From the NCBI RefSeq assembly GCF_964204645.1, contig NC_134029.1, forward strand, positions 8,954,850-9,018,849: a stretch of 64,000 nt of DNA, given 5' to 3'. The position numbers and the translations under genes are program-made. Origin of the DNA: Tubulanus polymorphus. Its lineage: Eukaryota; Animalia; Nemertea. The notes below the pieces were generated by a model, which saw only the letters and a list, made by a program, of their open reading frames with translations, did no database searches and had not been told where the DNA came from. Below are positions 1 to 17,670 of this stretch, one piece after another. Each line of letters opens with the position of its first letter. The stretch's first letter is position 1.

Positions 1-1032
1 CGCAACCAAGGGAGAGCTCAGTGACTGAGCTTTAAAGTTATCGCTGAATGAATGTGTTGTAACATTCTGTGAGTAAGTAAGTCATATTGATATTAGTAAT
101 TTCATTGAACTCCAATCCAATAAGAAATTATAATATCATTAAATGGTCGAAGGTTTGGTGACTATAGAGCCTGTGATTTTTTTCAAACATTGTGGACTGG
201 AGTATAATACGCAGGCCTAGCAATGATACGAACCACGAGTATTTTTCACCTGTTTTTATCATTTTTGTAAACAGTGCTTTGATTGATTGTACTTGAAACT
301 TCGTACATATGTTATTTCGAAAAAAACCAATTATCATTTGTTCTGACTGCAAGGCTGGATGCCAAACCCTGTTAATAATATGGTTGTTTTTTTGTTTTTT
401 TTTTTCTTCTATAGATAATTTGGTTTATATACTTTGGGCAGTCAACTTGACTAAAAAGTCAACGTTACTAAAAAGGTAAAATCAACAAAATTCATCAGCT
501 TTAGTCATCTACATATTAATTGCTAAATCAACTACTGGTATTTCAACAACAAAAAATCTGAAGGTGTCTTCTCAAATAAAGATTTAAGTAAATTTCAATG
601 AGATCCAAAGGTGTCTCGCCGGAAGAAAAACATTTAGTAAGTAAATGCTGATGGATAAACTGTCTCGGTTGTTCGTAGAGAGCGTAGACTACCTTTTGAG
701 TGAACAAAACCGCGTTTTGGTTTGAACGTGGCAACAAATTGGACTCGAATATGTTAGTAAATTTATCATGATTATTTGGTTCAATGTTTAGTGAAAGTTT
801 TTCCAAATATTAGTGTACTTTCATACCGGATACTTTGACAAATCCCTGGTATAGTAACAAGACCGCTTGCTTTAGATATGTCACTGGAAGGAAATAGTAT
901 TTACATTCAACCAAAAGTATATAGTACCAATAGTATCTTTACTAAAATCTTTTGTTCATCTTTGCTGCCAATATTCTTTTGGTAAATCTTCCAATACATA
1001 TCTTACAGTGTGTTCCATTCTGAAACCTGGCA

Positions 1033-5385
<4,353 letters not shown>

Positions 5386-6705
5386 TAAATAGTTTCGTAC
5401 TTCATTAGATTTTCTGCTACTTCACCGAAACCCTATACTATTGCTATTCTGCAGCTAATCATTGTTATATTCTCATCATTATTATTATCATCATTCCCCC
5501 TTCACACTTACTGAAATGGTATGACTAAGCATACTTTACTCCTTAGTTCGTTGAAATCATGCCTACGGTGCGTTGACAATATTGGTGCGTTGTATATTCA
5601 ATTCATCAGACCCTGTACTCACTTCCAGGCTCTAAACATCGAAAATTAACGCGTAGTCAAACAGCATCCATAAACGTGTCTGACGTGAAAACTAACGTCA
5701 CCCACGAACATACGAAACGCGCATTTGTTTTCGAGCATCCGTGCGTATGACCTAGTTAGATGTTTTTTAGTTTGGTCTCAGCCAAATCAGTCTTCAAGTC
5801 AACGTTCAGTTTATCCGTTTACATGGCGATCATTTGTTGTTTTGGCGTATAAATATATAGTATATATTTTAGTTATACATTTCATATTTGTATATCTCTT
5901 TATGACATGTTGTAATTTTATTGTGGAAATAAATTTATTTATTATTTATTTATTTACCATCATCGGGTTGCATGGTAATGAGTACATCAACATTTAATTC
6001 CTTGTCATTGGAGTTAGGTCAAACAGCTGGGCCGTTTGACCTAGTATTAAGCTTATTGTAAACATTACGAATTTGTAATCTAATAATAAACGTCAAGCAG
6101 CAGGGGCGCTTGTCCTTTTTTCAATCTAAACCAGCTTATTGTTCTTTCTTGTTGCGAAAAGAGTATTCCGGTTAAATTGCACCTGCGAAAGTTCCGGAAT
6201 CGATAGAGACCAATTGAGACCTACCCTAGAAACGATCAAATAAACAAAGCCGTGCTCGTTTCGCATTAAAAGTATTTCCTACTTCGCGTTGCTGTTTTTG
6301 TCCCCGCACGGGCTTTGAACTACTATTGAATTTATCACGTTGCCTGTGGACCGTATACTTAGAAAAAGCGACTATTAAGAAGTTTCCAGTTTCAAGGCGC
6401 CATGTTGTGGCGGTGTCATTCGAGGTCCCCATTGTCTCAATAATTTTCTATCTCTTTTGAAACAAATGTGTTGATTGAATATCAATTAGCTCTGCATTCC
6501 CTTGCATGATAAACAGAATTGATCCAACATTCTAGAGGAAATGAAATACAGATTACTGCTGGCGATCCTCGAGTGTTTTACTCGCAACTTATTGAGAGCG
6601 ATTGTGTGAAAATTGGTGAATATTCGCGAAGTCCAAAATAAGGGTCCTTGAAACTGGAAATTTCTTTATAGGATATGACTTTGATAAATGTGGGAAATAG
6701 TGCCT

Positions 6706-6781
6706 ACGGAAAAAATTGCCACCGGAAGAAATACCACCGGAAAAACACCACCGGTAAAAATGACAGTAGGAAAAATACCGA
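6706..6781. repeat. about 13-bp degenerate tandem repeat (GGAAAAATACCACC-like), probably a subterminal array of an old DNA transposon
   Basis: Units ggaaaaaattgccacc, ggaagaaataccacc, ggaaaaacaccacc, ggtaaaaatgacagta, ggaaaaataccg. Confidence 0.65.
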
Positions 6782-9700
6782 TACTTTTTTTAGACAGTTT
6801 TAACGAAGGATGATGATAAAATTCTGTTTAAGTTTATTTTCACACTTCTATCCTGGTTATATGGACGCCCGAAGAGGCAATAGACGCCGCCTTCCCGATT
6901 TAGTAATTAGATTTTGACCGTTGACTAACTATATACTTAGAGTATTCACAAATAAAGGAGCACAGTGTATGTATTCGGACGATTAAATGTTCACTACTGA
7001 ACGAGAATGTGTAACTTCTTTGCCTTAGAGAAAATTCTCAAACACAAATTCTTCTACGCGATTAAGATTATCAACAATTATTGTTCTGTAGCATAGACCT
7101 GTGGTATTCAACCGGACTCGTGAGCGGGGTATCGACGACCCTGCGGTCGTTTGCGTTTCAGAATTGTTAACATTCAACTTGCGCGATCGCACACGGAGCC
7201 CGATATACAATCGGCCCATTCTGCGTAAACACGCGGAGAAACTTGTAATCAACATTGCGTTAGCGATCGTGCGATCATCTCGAGAGCGACTTAACTAAAC
7301 AATAAACCACTAAATCTAAACTCCAACCTTACCTTCATTATAGATTTGAAATTCGTCTCCGATCCTTTGCAACATAGGCCCGGATTATAATTCGTAAAAA
7401 TCTCCTTACTCCTGGCGCGCAGGCCTGAGCAATTTAAAACTGAAGAACACGTTGCATCAGAGATGTTTGAGTTGATAGAGTTGTTTCAGAGATGCCCCTT
7501 GTTCCTCGGCGCTTATCGATATAGTTTATTGACTTCGACGCGGGGATTTTACCGCACGTTCTCAGCCGTACAGTTATCGTATCGTTTTACAAACTGAAAA
7601 GCTGAAATCTTCCCGCGCACACTATTGTGTATAATCGAATAATCCGAATCAGCTAAAACTGACCGTTATAAGTTTCGCGATGCTTATAACGTTCATTCTA
7701 AGGAATGGTTCGAATGGTTAGTAGATGGCGCTTTGTCGTCATAGGATCGAATGCGTTGTTGAAGTTGTTTTGTTGGGAGAACGCGCAGATATTGGTGTAT
7801 ACGTATAGCGCATTATTGACCGAACGATGCGACAAGAGAACGTATAAGGCATCCATTTTCATTTACAATATAAGTTAACCGGGTACACGAGCCCTCAATG
7901 AGATACGCGCGCATGAGTGTTATCAATATTTAATAAGTCCTCGACGGCTCTTTAGATCTACAGTTGCGCCGTACTGCTTTGACCCGATGTTTTCATAATT
8001 TGTCGAAATTCGCGATTATTGCCTTGGAACCTATTCGAAATATTGCGGACACTATCATATTCTGAATCTAACACCTGTCGTTAATAAAAATAATGATAAT
8101 GAAAAAATTAATGATTGCTTGTATAGCACTTTTCCGTATGAAGTATGCTCAAAGCGCTTAATTCTCCAATAGGTGCCGGGATAAAAGCCAAAAACTGTCC
8201 AGGAATGGAGACATTTTGATTGGTGTTGGTAACATAGTTTCGGACCGGAAACAGAAATGATGCAATCACTCATAATTGATTTAGTGTGTGTTTTAGTTTA
8301 GTTTACGTACTAAATTGTTAGAAATATCTGAAGCATTTTTGAAAAAAAAAGTTTTGCCTAATAGTTCGTAATAACCAGGTCATAAAAAAGACCAAGCCGA
8401 ATCCGGCCGTTATAATCACTAAGTAAAAATTCATCGACGAAGCTTTTTGGAATACCGTCACAGCCTTTTCCAATGAAACCTTCTCGTGGTGAATAAAATC
8501 TCGAGTGTATATAGAAATAACCACAGTTTGAATAGGCACAAAGAAAACCACCGTTGACGAAAACTTTTTTTGTGCTCTCATAAACTCAATTTACTCGACG
8601 TATTTCCATAACCCGCTCGCATTCAACGAAGCATTTTGATTGCGCCCCGCAGTGGCTTTTTCCACAACCTGTGAATCCAATTTGGTCGGAAATTAAATTA
8701 GAATCGACGTTAAGTCAATAACAGAGCCTGCTGGCTATTTAATTAATAAACAACAAATACACTGCCGATGGAGACATTCTTAGAGAAATAGTGCAAGAAA
8801 AGAGGAGGAAATAAAAAGAATTGTCACGCTTAGTCGGCGTATAGTGTTCCTATAAATTGAAGTTATCGGAATACGTTGAAATAAGATTACTTAACGCCGT
8901 TGGCTACCGTTCCGTATAGTTAACTATACTTCCCATCGCAGCCGACGAAAAAGGCACTTGCGAAGCCTTTTGTTCCTAACAATCGACGGCCTTTGTATTG
9001 CGAGCCGGAGTAAGAAATTTAATCACTAACAAACGTGTGGGTTTGCGAGGAGCGCTTTCATGTGCAGCGACCGTGCTTTGCGTGACGTAATCAAGTCGAG
9101 CAACGCGCGCAGAAAAAAAATGAGGCAAGCGCAGAATCCGAAGTACACAGCACGTTCCAAAGCCAATCGAGAATGTACAAGTTGGAATCCAGGTGCGGAG
9201 AGGTTTCGGTGGACATCTTTCCAATATCACTTCGAAAAAAACGTCCTTTCTGTGTTAGGACGATAATCCGATTGGGCGAAGTGACTTAAGAAATCTTCTT
9301 TGCAAATCTACAAATCGGTTGAGCTAGAACGCCAAAACATTAAGAATTAGCGTTTCTTTTTAGATTTTCTGAATCTGCTTTTGTTAAATTTTTTGTTCTG
9401 GCGCACCAAAACTGATAAGAAAACTCCGCCATTTTTGCTTACGGGTCGAAGTGGGTGGTGGAATTCCTGTTTTAGCGCTCTAAAACGAATCTTTTGAGAA
9501 AGATAGAGAATTCGGCCATTCTGGTATACCCACATTTCCGTCTTATTACCCTAATCAACAACTACAGTTATACAGGGTCGTGGTCCAAAAACGCAACCTT
9601 ATACTTTCACCTATCGAAACAAATCACCATGAGATTTTGGGTTCACTTTCCTTCTAAATGAATTTCTTAACCATCCATTTGAATATTGAAGAATTCTGAT

Positions 9701-12350
9701 AAGTAGAAGTATATGAGCTCGCATTTTTGGACTGCCCCGTAGACCGGTACCTTAGATATACGGTATCTCGGTACTGACAGCCGCGGTTTCGTGCCGAATG
9801 AAAATCAAAAGAGAACAGCTGTCGGCGTTTACATCTCAATATTGCAATGTTCGTCGTACGTATCGGAAGCTGTCTGTTGACGAGGCCGAACTTGCGTGTA
9901 TATACATATACATACGTATATAAAATTTCAGTTTGTCAAATTGCGTGACAAGCGCGCTGTCGCATATGCCAAATTATTAATAATGGTTTTGCCGGGATGG
10001 AGACCCGTACAGTTAAATATCGATGAAACCAAGTTTCAATAGAACAATGGATGATCAGATGTTTTATTTTTAATATTTGATACTAATGGCAGTGCAAATA
10101 GAATTTGAATTTGAGGATGGGTATTTGCGATAAATATTAATCAAGCACGCACAATACGCGCGGCAAGTCATTCATTCACGATGCCAAGAATGAAACGATC
10201 GATTCCAGCAGCACGAATAACACAATATTCCGATAAGCCACCAGCCGATCCGTAGCGAAACACTTCGGGTTTCAGAAACAATCAGAATTAAAATGATGTC
10301 TGAGATGAAATTGAATTTCAAAGATCTAATTCGAACAAACCATCGGATATTTCTTGATCTACAAATTTGCCAGTTTTAGTATTTGCTAGCGGGCAGCTCG
10401 CATTTTATGGTCATGAAACGAAAGATAAATCCGTCAAGTATTTGCCTTGGAAATCACACGTATCTTCGTCAAAAGTATTTTTCTGTCGAATTCTGCAACT
10501 TCTCGTTCCATTTATGTTCCTTGCGGTTTGCCAAGTGTCTCGAAGTCTGAAAACTGGTGGTTGTTCAAGTATCCAAGCGAAGTGATAATGCACGCACTTA
10601 CTTAGCGTGGATAATCTTCAAAGGGCAGGAGACGGTGCAAAAATACACAGTGTATTTTTTGCGTAAAAAAGCAGTTCGAAACGGTTCATTTCGAGTTTTA
10701 ACGAAACACTAGGTCGTTTGGCTACTAATTCGGCAACGGAGAGACTTCTTAGAACATTGGGATAATCGAATTGATTATCGGGCTGACGGATTTCAGCCAA
10801 GGTATCACGCTGAAGATATAGCGCTCTATTAGACAAACGCCACGATATCGCAGCTGCGTTAAATACTGGTCTGAGATGCCTGGTCTCGTCTCTACGAGTG
10901 GTTTGCTTCATTTACGTAATTGAAGTAAATAACGTATAGCGTCTACCGAGCAGCGTACGAGCAGATAGATGAAATTTGCGATTATTAGATTGGCCAGTTT
11001 GCTAGTTGTAATGCTGCCCGTTCTCATTAATAGGATTATCTAGAAGCCATCAACGACATGCGGTTAGATTTAATTAATGTCGCACAGTCTACGAGCTATA
11101 CACCGCGCTCGAATATCGCGAATCGGTAACGTACCGACACTAGACTCACATAGCCGACGGGTGAAACACGGTTCAACCGTCAATCTCAAATATATACACT
11201 CTTAATCAAGGCGGATATCCAATTAAATGCTTCGGATCCGCGTCCAGATCACCGATCAACGTCGCAATGAATTTGAAAATGGAAAAGACGACCAGTTAAA
11301 AAGATCGTTTCGCAATATTCGGCGAGTTGCGGTATAGCTTTCACTGCATATACGTATACTGCTTGTATTGCAAGATCTCGCGGTTTGGTCTTAGAAGCAA
11401 AAAACAGGTACTTATTATGACTCCATGGGACCAGTTTCACAGTCAATGTTCGGATTGTGGAATTAAGACCAGTCGTAGCCCATCTTTAGTGCTAGCCTTT
11501 CTTTGCAGCCGTGCACCTGGCCCCGTGGTGTTCTCAACCTCAATCGATGAGCGAGTTCACGGTTAACAATCGGGTAAGAAACCAGGTCCACTGAGTTCTG
11601 AGTTAAGTTCCACTCGTTTATTTTTATTGAAGTTGACAATGGAGTTAGTATTTACCCCGACTTCTCATTAAAGTACCAAATCATCGGCCTACTAAGACAG
11701 CGGAGAAATCTGTAATCGGCAACGTTTAGATTATACATCGCTTTTGAAATACGCGAAATGAAATATCATCAAAAGCGATTAAACGCTTATAAAAAACAAA
11801 AGAAATGGATTTTCAAACGGACAACAAAGTGAAAGTTAAATTAGAATAGCTAGAACGGGCCGAGATATCGACTATGAAGTTTCGATAAGCGCAATGCACG
11901 AATGAACGAACTTATACGAATTGTGCGCTCGCAATCGTTCGCTCTAAAGATAGTATCAAATTATAGAAAGTGTCGCACATGTTTGACGTTCGACGATGTT
12001 TGATAGAAACACCAAACAAAATGTTTACACACTTAAGTGCTTCCAATATTTGCGCCACAGATGCGGAATTCGAGGAGGGGATATAAACAAAGAATTGTCG
12101 TCCGTTTGAACTGTGGTCGATGAAAACGCAGCGAATCGATGGCACTTCGACGAGCGATCGACCGCCTGGTTGAAAAGGGCAAGGGAACGAAACTGAGCTT
12201 ACACCAGTCTTAATAATCCGTCTGTTCACTAGTTAAGTCATTTTCAAACCGAAAAGTGCATTACTTATATTATTTCCATTTTATTCAAATAATAAATCGC
12301 TTTGAAAAACAACACGATGCCAAAGTCAAAATTCCTTGATGTTCAAACTA

Positions 12351-12598
12351 CAGGGGTGGATCCAAGAGGGGTCTCGACCTCCTGCTCTGCGTTCGATTTT
12401 CTTATAGTGTTATCAATCATGTTAATGATGAAACCACAATTTAAAACTTTTTCGATTGCTGTTTTGCTTTCTGCTAGATTATAACTGTAGGTAATGCACT
12501 AATTCATATGAATGCATCTTTTCATTGAAATATTTTTAAAAAGTATACCTGGGAAAACCCTGCGCTTGACACCTCATAAAAATCCAGTATGCGCCCTG
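12351..12598. mobile_element. MITE, CAGGGGCGGATCCAG-TIR family (hAT-like)
   Basis: Left TIR caggggtggatccaag, degenerate right TIR ending gcgccctg. Flanks aacta/gacta. Interior homologous to 29389-29655 and, inverted, to 24662-24920. Confidence 0.75.
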
Positions 12599-15500
12599 GA
12601 CTATTGTAGATGATATCGTACGTACACTATACAACTTTTCATGGGAAAATCAGTTAATATTCATGGGGTGCTTGTTTTAGAGAATGTGTATTTATGCCTG
12701 TTTGATCAGAAGAAAGCGACTTAACTGCATCGGAATTTCGCTCGTTTTTGAAATCAACCAGAAACGATACAGATCAGCCGATAAATTGATGTTGACGCAT
12801 TCATTTGTCAAACGATGGACCAATCAGTTTCTCATAGTTACTCGCAAGCATTGACTGCATGGGTGCTGTACGATCATTCATGTCAGGAAAAGGAAGGAAA
12901 TGTCGTTGTTATCTTCGATTGTTAAGTTTCTTTTTCGGTTAAGAAATTATCAATTGCTCGCTCGAAATATCTTTCGGTATCAAATTATCGCTCTGCTAAT
13001 CCCGCAGGTATACACCAGTCACACAAGGCGTTGCGATATTTCGAATGGCTTTGGAGCAATCGATTAACGTCGGCCCAACATAGACGTCGAGCTAAGCGGC
13101 GAAAGCGTCGACCAAGCAGAAAATTCCAGTTATTCTTGAGAGGATGTTTCTTTGCGGAAAAAAGCACGCGAACGAGCGATTCGTGCGCGGCTGTCGAGTG
13201 TCCATCGCTATGCTGAAGTTGCTACAGGGCACTAGCGCGCGTGTGGTAAATCTTATTAACGAAGAATATTCATTCACAGATATTTCGAGAATTCCCAGTT
13301 TGCCGTTTTAATCATTGCCACAACTTAATCGACGAAGATATTTTTCAACGACGCTGCGAGGAATTTTCTACGAGAACCTGAAAAATGTCTCCCCGCACTA
13401 TCAACAAACGGGGGAAACGAATATCTTCTGAAATCGTATTGGAATTTTCGCCGCGTAACGATTGATATCGATTGTGTCCATTTTTCTTAGCTAGGCAAAG
13501 AAACGATAGTCCTATTATCGCAAAACAGCTGCCGCTGAAGATATACCGATAAAAAAGGATATCATCTCGATGATGATAGGTAAATGATATCAGTTCTCGG
13601 ATCGTAATTGTTTGAAATGCCAGTTTTCGATTACCAAGGGGAATAGGTTACGTCTGGAATACGACTATCTAATTCTTTTATCTCAGCGGTCATAAATCTA
13701 TAGTACAGGAGAGCGACGATCTCGTTTACATTTCTCGCGATGAACTGAAGTTCGATTATTTTCATGAAACGCGTGTCACGGTGCAATGTTTCGATTTATC
13801 GGCGTGGCGCGCGCGAACATTTTGATGATATAAGACGGACTGTTTAATTCTTCGGTGTGCATCGCGGATTAGTTTATTGTTTTATGACTTCGGGTTCATT
13901 CGGTGAAAATAGATTATCTTTTATACGGCGTGTATCGGGCAACGATCGTATACCGATAGCGACCGTGAAAGTGTTGTCCAACAATTCTAACGCTTTTCGA
14001 TATAAAGTTGTCTAAACAAGCCCGATACATTTATGTGCGAAAATACATCTTTGTAAGAAAATGAGACTGCCAATGTTAGCCGGGTCGACAGTTTAATTCG
14101 AATAAACATCGCAATTACACCTGCTGAACCAAACAGGTGGCATTTCCCCGAGGTAAATTGCCACCCTTAGAGAGCCAAACTGTACGGTTTGATCTGACCA
14201 TCGCTCGCTTGGAACTTGCGGCATTTCGCATATAGCGTGACGAATGTCGAATGACTTGGCAATTAAACCAGATATAGACAACTACGTATCTGCGTAAGTC
14301 TGATACAATTAAGGATTTATGATTACTATTGATTTAATGTTCAAATTACATTCGGAGAAATGAAACGTTAATATAGATAAGTATCTTATCAGTATCATGC
14401 GCGATAGATCAAATATTACTAGAATCAAAATCTATGTAATATACTCGTATCGGATGTGTATCACAAGGAAGCGTATTGAAAATAAGGAGCGGGTTAGAAT
14501 TTCATTCGGGCTAGTTCTCCCAAAGCCCTCGCAAATCATTGGTTGGTCCAACAAGACGGCGTTCTCAATTAATTTTAACCGCATTTTGAGAAAATCATAG
14601 ATATTTTCACGAATACACATCAGACTCGGAATCCAAATCCATAACAATTATTTGTTATCAAATGCACCAACCCGCATTCGGTTGGAAATTTCAATAACTA
14701 TTACTAACCCCAACTATTTTTTTTTCTAAATCGTTTTCCTATCTACCAGTCTACAGAAAATCGTCTATTCAGGTAGTCGAGATATTCTATCTTCATATTC
14801 AGCAAGTCGATTATATAAGCATATGATATGATTAACCTCGCAATGAGAATAAATGATTTCCTTAAATTGAAACGGCGTTTTCCCCTCCATAGTTATACAT
14901 CGAAAAATTACATCAAACAGTAGCGAGATTATAAATGTAGACAACGACCATATCGACATATATATAAATCAAAATTTCGATATTTTTTGCAAAATGTATT
15001 CATATTATGTCGTCATGTGAATACGTAAGGCAAATTCTAGATACACCTAGGATTAATGTGTTCCTGCTATATCATCTATCATATATACTTCAATTCAACT
15101 TCTAAATGAATACGTATCAATCATATCGTGTGTACATTTTAATATGAAAGTTTCGAAGCTGTTTTTTCCTACCTTGTTTCTGCGCAAGTATAAATCTCGC
15201 GGACGCAACTTTCCTTTATAGGCGTTAGGTCTCACTCTTCTCGTGCGTTGCGGTGCGGAGGCCCGGACCTAGACTTAGTGAAATCGTCGGGTTTCAGTTT
15301 ATTCGACGAATGCTTAGATTTGCGTTGTTTTATTTGGTTATCATAAATATAATAGACCTCCTCGAATTCTAATTTGATTGCCCCCAATAAATGCAGACGC
15401 GGGTGAATCAAGGGGCGTGGATCCCTAAACAATAACAGTCCAATTTGTGTAAGACAGTTACATATGAATAAGGCAATTTGTTGCCCCGTTTAAACGTACG

Positions 15501-16132
15501 AACCGTTTGAGACCGCGACAAGTTCATTTGTTAGCACTCAGGTTTTCAGACAGGCTTTTGGTGAGGTTTTGTTTCCGTTAGAATTTCATTTCAACATTCA
15601 TCGGACTTACTTGCGAACAGTCGAAGAGGTAATAAAATAGTTGGCGATGATTTACGAAAAATAACGCCCAAACATGGCGTTATATTTCAATTAGATTCAC
15701 CGTGGTCCGCTAAATCATACACAGTGTCTTGATTAGGAAACTTGAAACGAACGCCGCCAACGAGAAGATGTTTTGCAGTAATCAGTCACGTGATCGAGCG
15801 AAATGTGCAGCAGGCGGCGGCTTGTCTTTTGAAAATCGATCGGCAAAAGTATTTTTATCTCCCCAGCGGTCAGACAAAGATTATCGTTGATCGAATAATC
15901 TCGTTGAACATGTGGTCTGCGTCGGTCTTACTGAAAAGACGGTTATATACGATTGATAAAGCTACTGTTGATTGAGTACAAGCTCCTCTGGTAATTCCAG
16001 ACAAATCCCAGCCGACCGTGTTGTACATATGGAAATCTGATCTACAAAATCTTCCCTTTTTCGTAATGTGCAGATTTCGTTTAAGGCCGAAAGTTTCAGC
16101 GAGATGCGGAGAAACGTATCGGACGTGCAAAA

Positions 16133-16544
16133 CAGGGGCGGATTTAGAGGGGGTCCATGGGGGTCCGGACCCCCCTCAATTTGACGGTCCCCAAAAGAAA
16201 TCCTTAGAAATACTAAGTGACAATTTTTCAATTAAGGTGAATATAAAATAAACAGAAGTGGCGTTTTCTCATGCAAAATGATGAATATACAATGGTATTG
16301 TGATTGTGGTTGAGTTATTTTGTATTTTGTGATTTATGTCATTGATTTCATGATTCAACTTCATGGAAATCTCACCAAATTCTTTTCAAAATTTCCAAAC
16401 AGTACCATCGTCGAGTACCCCCTCACGGTCGTTGGCCATATTTTCATCTATGCCGTTATGCGTCTTGCATCGTCATTACAGTAAAATTTCACATGGTCCC
16501 TGTTTACTTCCCTGGACCCCAACCGTATCCTAGACCCGCCCCTG
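16133..16544. mobile_element. MITE, CAGGGGCGGAT-TIR family, 5-bp TSD
   Basis: caggggcggatttag ... ctagacccgcccctg, flanked by a perfect caaaa/caaaa duplication. Confidence 0.85.
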
Positions 16545-16880
16545 CAAAATGTCATGAATTGAAAATTGACATTCAAAACGAATACAATTAGAATACAGCT
16601 AAATAAATTCTATTTTCTTTTTTGTTTTCACGGGAAATAAGTACATATATACTACATGCTCTAGCGTTTACGAAACACGTAATCGTTTTCGGAAGTGACG
16701 ATCGCCGCCATATTTTTCGCGACATCTGAGAGGAAGAGTAAATATGCTTATGCCCGACACGATCGTCGACATGGCCGAGATATACGTTGCAAAAAGGTCA
16801 GATTCTCGGAAAACGTTGCGGAATATTGCGTTTTTTATGGAAGTCGGCGTCTAATAACGAGTTGCCTACGCGGACTGGGA

Positions 16881-17165
16881 GGGTTTGGTGTATCTCTGTG
16901 TCAATAGTCTGCTGCTGGCCAAATATACGCACGCCGCATAGATTTATATGAGGCAAAACTTACACCACTCGCAGTGGTAAAAATCGTTCTACTTCCAGTG
17001 GTTGACGATCTTTTTTATAAATGAATATACGGCAGGGTTTGGTGTCTATGTCTGTGTCAACAGTCTGTTGCTGGCCAAATATACACATGACACGTATATT
17101 TGTATGAGGCAAAACTTACCACTCGCAGTGGTAAGTTCTACTCCTATATCGGTTGACGATCGTTC
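16881..17165. repeat. tandem duplication, about 154-bp period, 2 copies
   Basis: gggtttggtg..tctgtgtcaa..gctggccaaatatac..atgaggcaaaactt..ccactcgcagtggtaa..ggttgacgatc begins at both 16881 and 17035. Confidence 0.9.
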
Positions 17166-17362
17166 TTCTTCTCTAGTGGTTATCATTTTTATCGATACGC
17201 GAAACTGCTGATTTCTCGTCTGAATATAAGACCGATGTTCAAGTTGGACCAACTACCCGACGAAAAATCGACGAGCCTTTAGATTCAAAAAACGCATTTT
17301 AGACCTATTTCTAGCACATAAGGCCGGAGTCAAACGGTAGATGAGATATAGTCAAACATCTG

Positions 17363-17471
17363 GGACCCGGTTTTAGACTGGTGTTATCTTGAACCTGGGG
17401 ATTAACTCAATCCAAAATTAATTGAGCTAATCCCTGAGTTAAATATTAATGCCGGTCTATTAAACCATGGA
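17363..17471. mobile_element. palindromic PIF/Harbinger-like MITE (degenerate)
   Basis: Foldback structure sharing tagactggt..gggttaactcaa with 31140-31249 and 51550-51675. Confidence 0.65.
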
Positions 17472-17638
17472 CGTATAAACTATAGCTTATATACGGCAAT
17501 GATTAAACCGACCCCTGATTTTAAATGCTGGTGTGGGCATTCTGCGTTTTGCTAAAAATAGCGCACTTGAAAAGCTTTAGGATTCAGAGATGATGGATTT
17601 TGGATTTAACATGAAATGATTTTCCACACGATTCTAAA

Positions 17639-17670
17639 CCAATCAATCAATCAATCAATCAATTTATTCT
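17639..17670 (-). repeat. (TCAA)n microsatellite preceded on the minus strand by AATAAA; probable retroposon tail
   Basis: caatcaatcaatcaatcaatcaatttattc. Confidence 0.7.

Noticed and set aside
13008-13245. Basic-rich small ORF and candidate exon (CAG..GTAAAT)
   Set aside because: All three frames hit stops before the donor and there is no recognisable homology; it could only be non-coding, which I cannot support.
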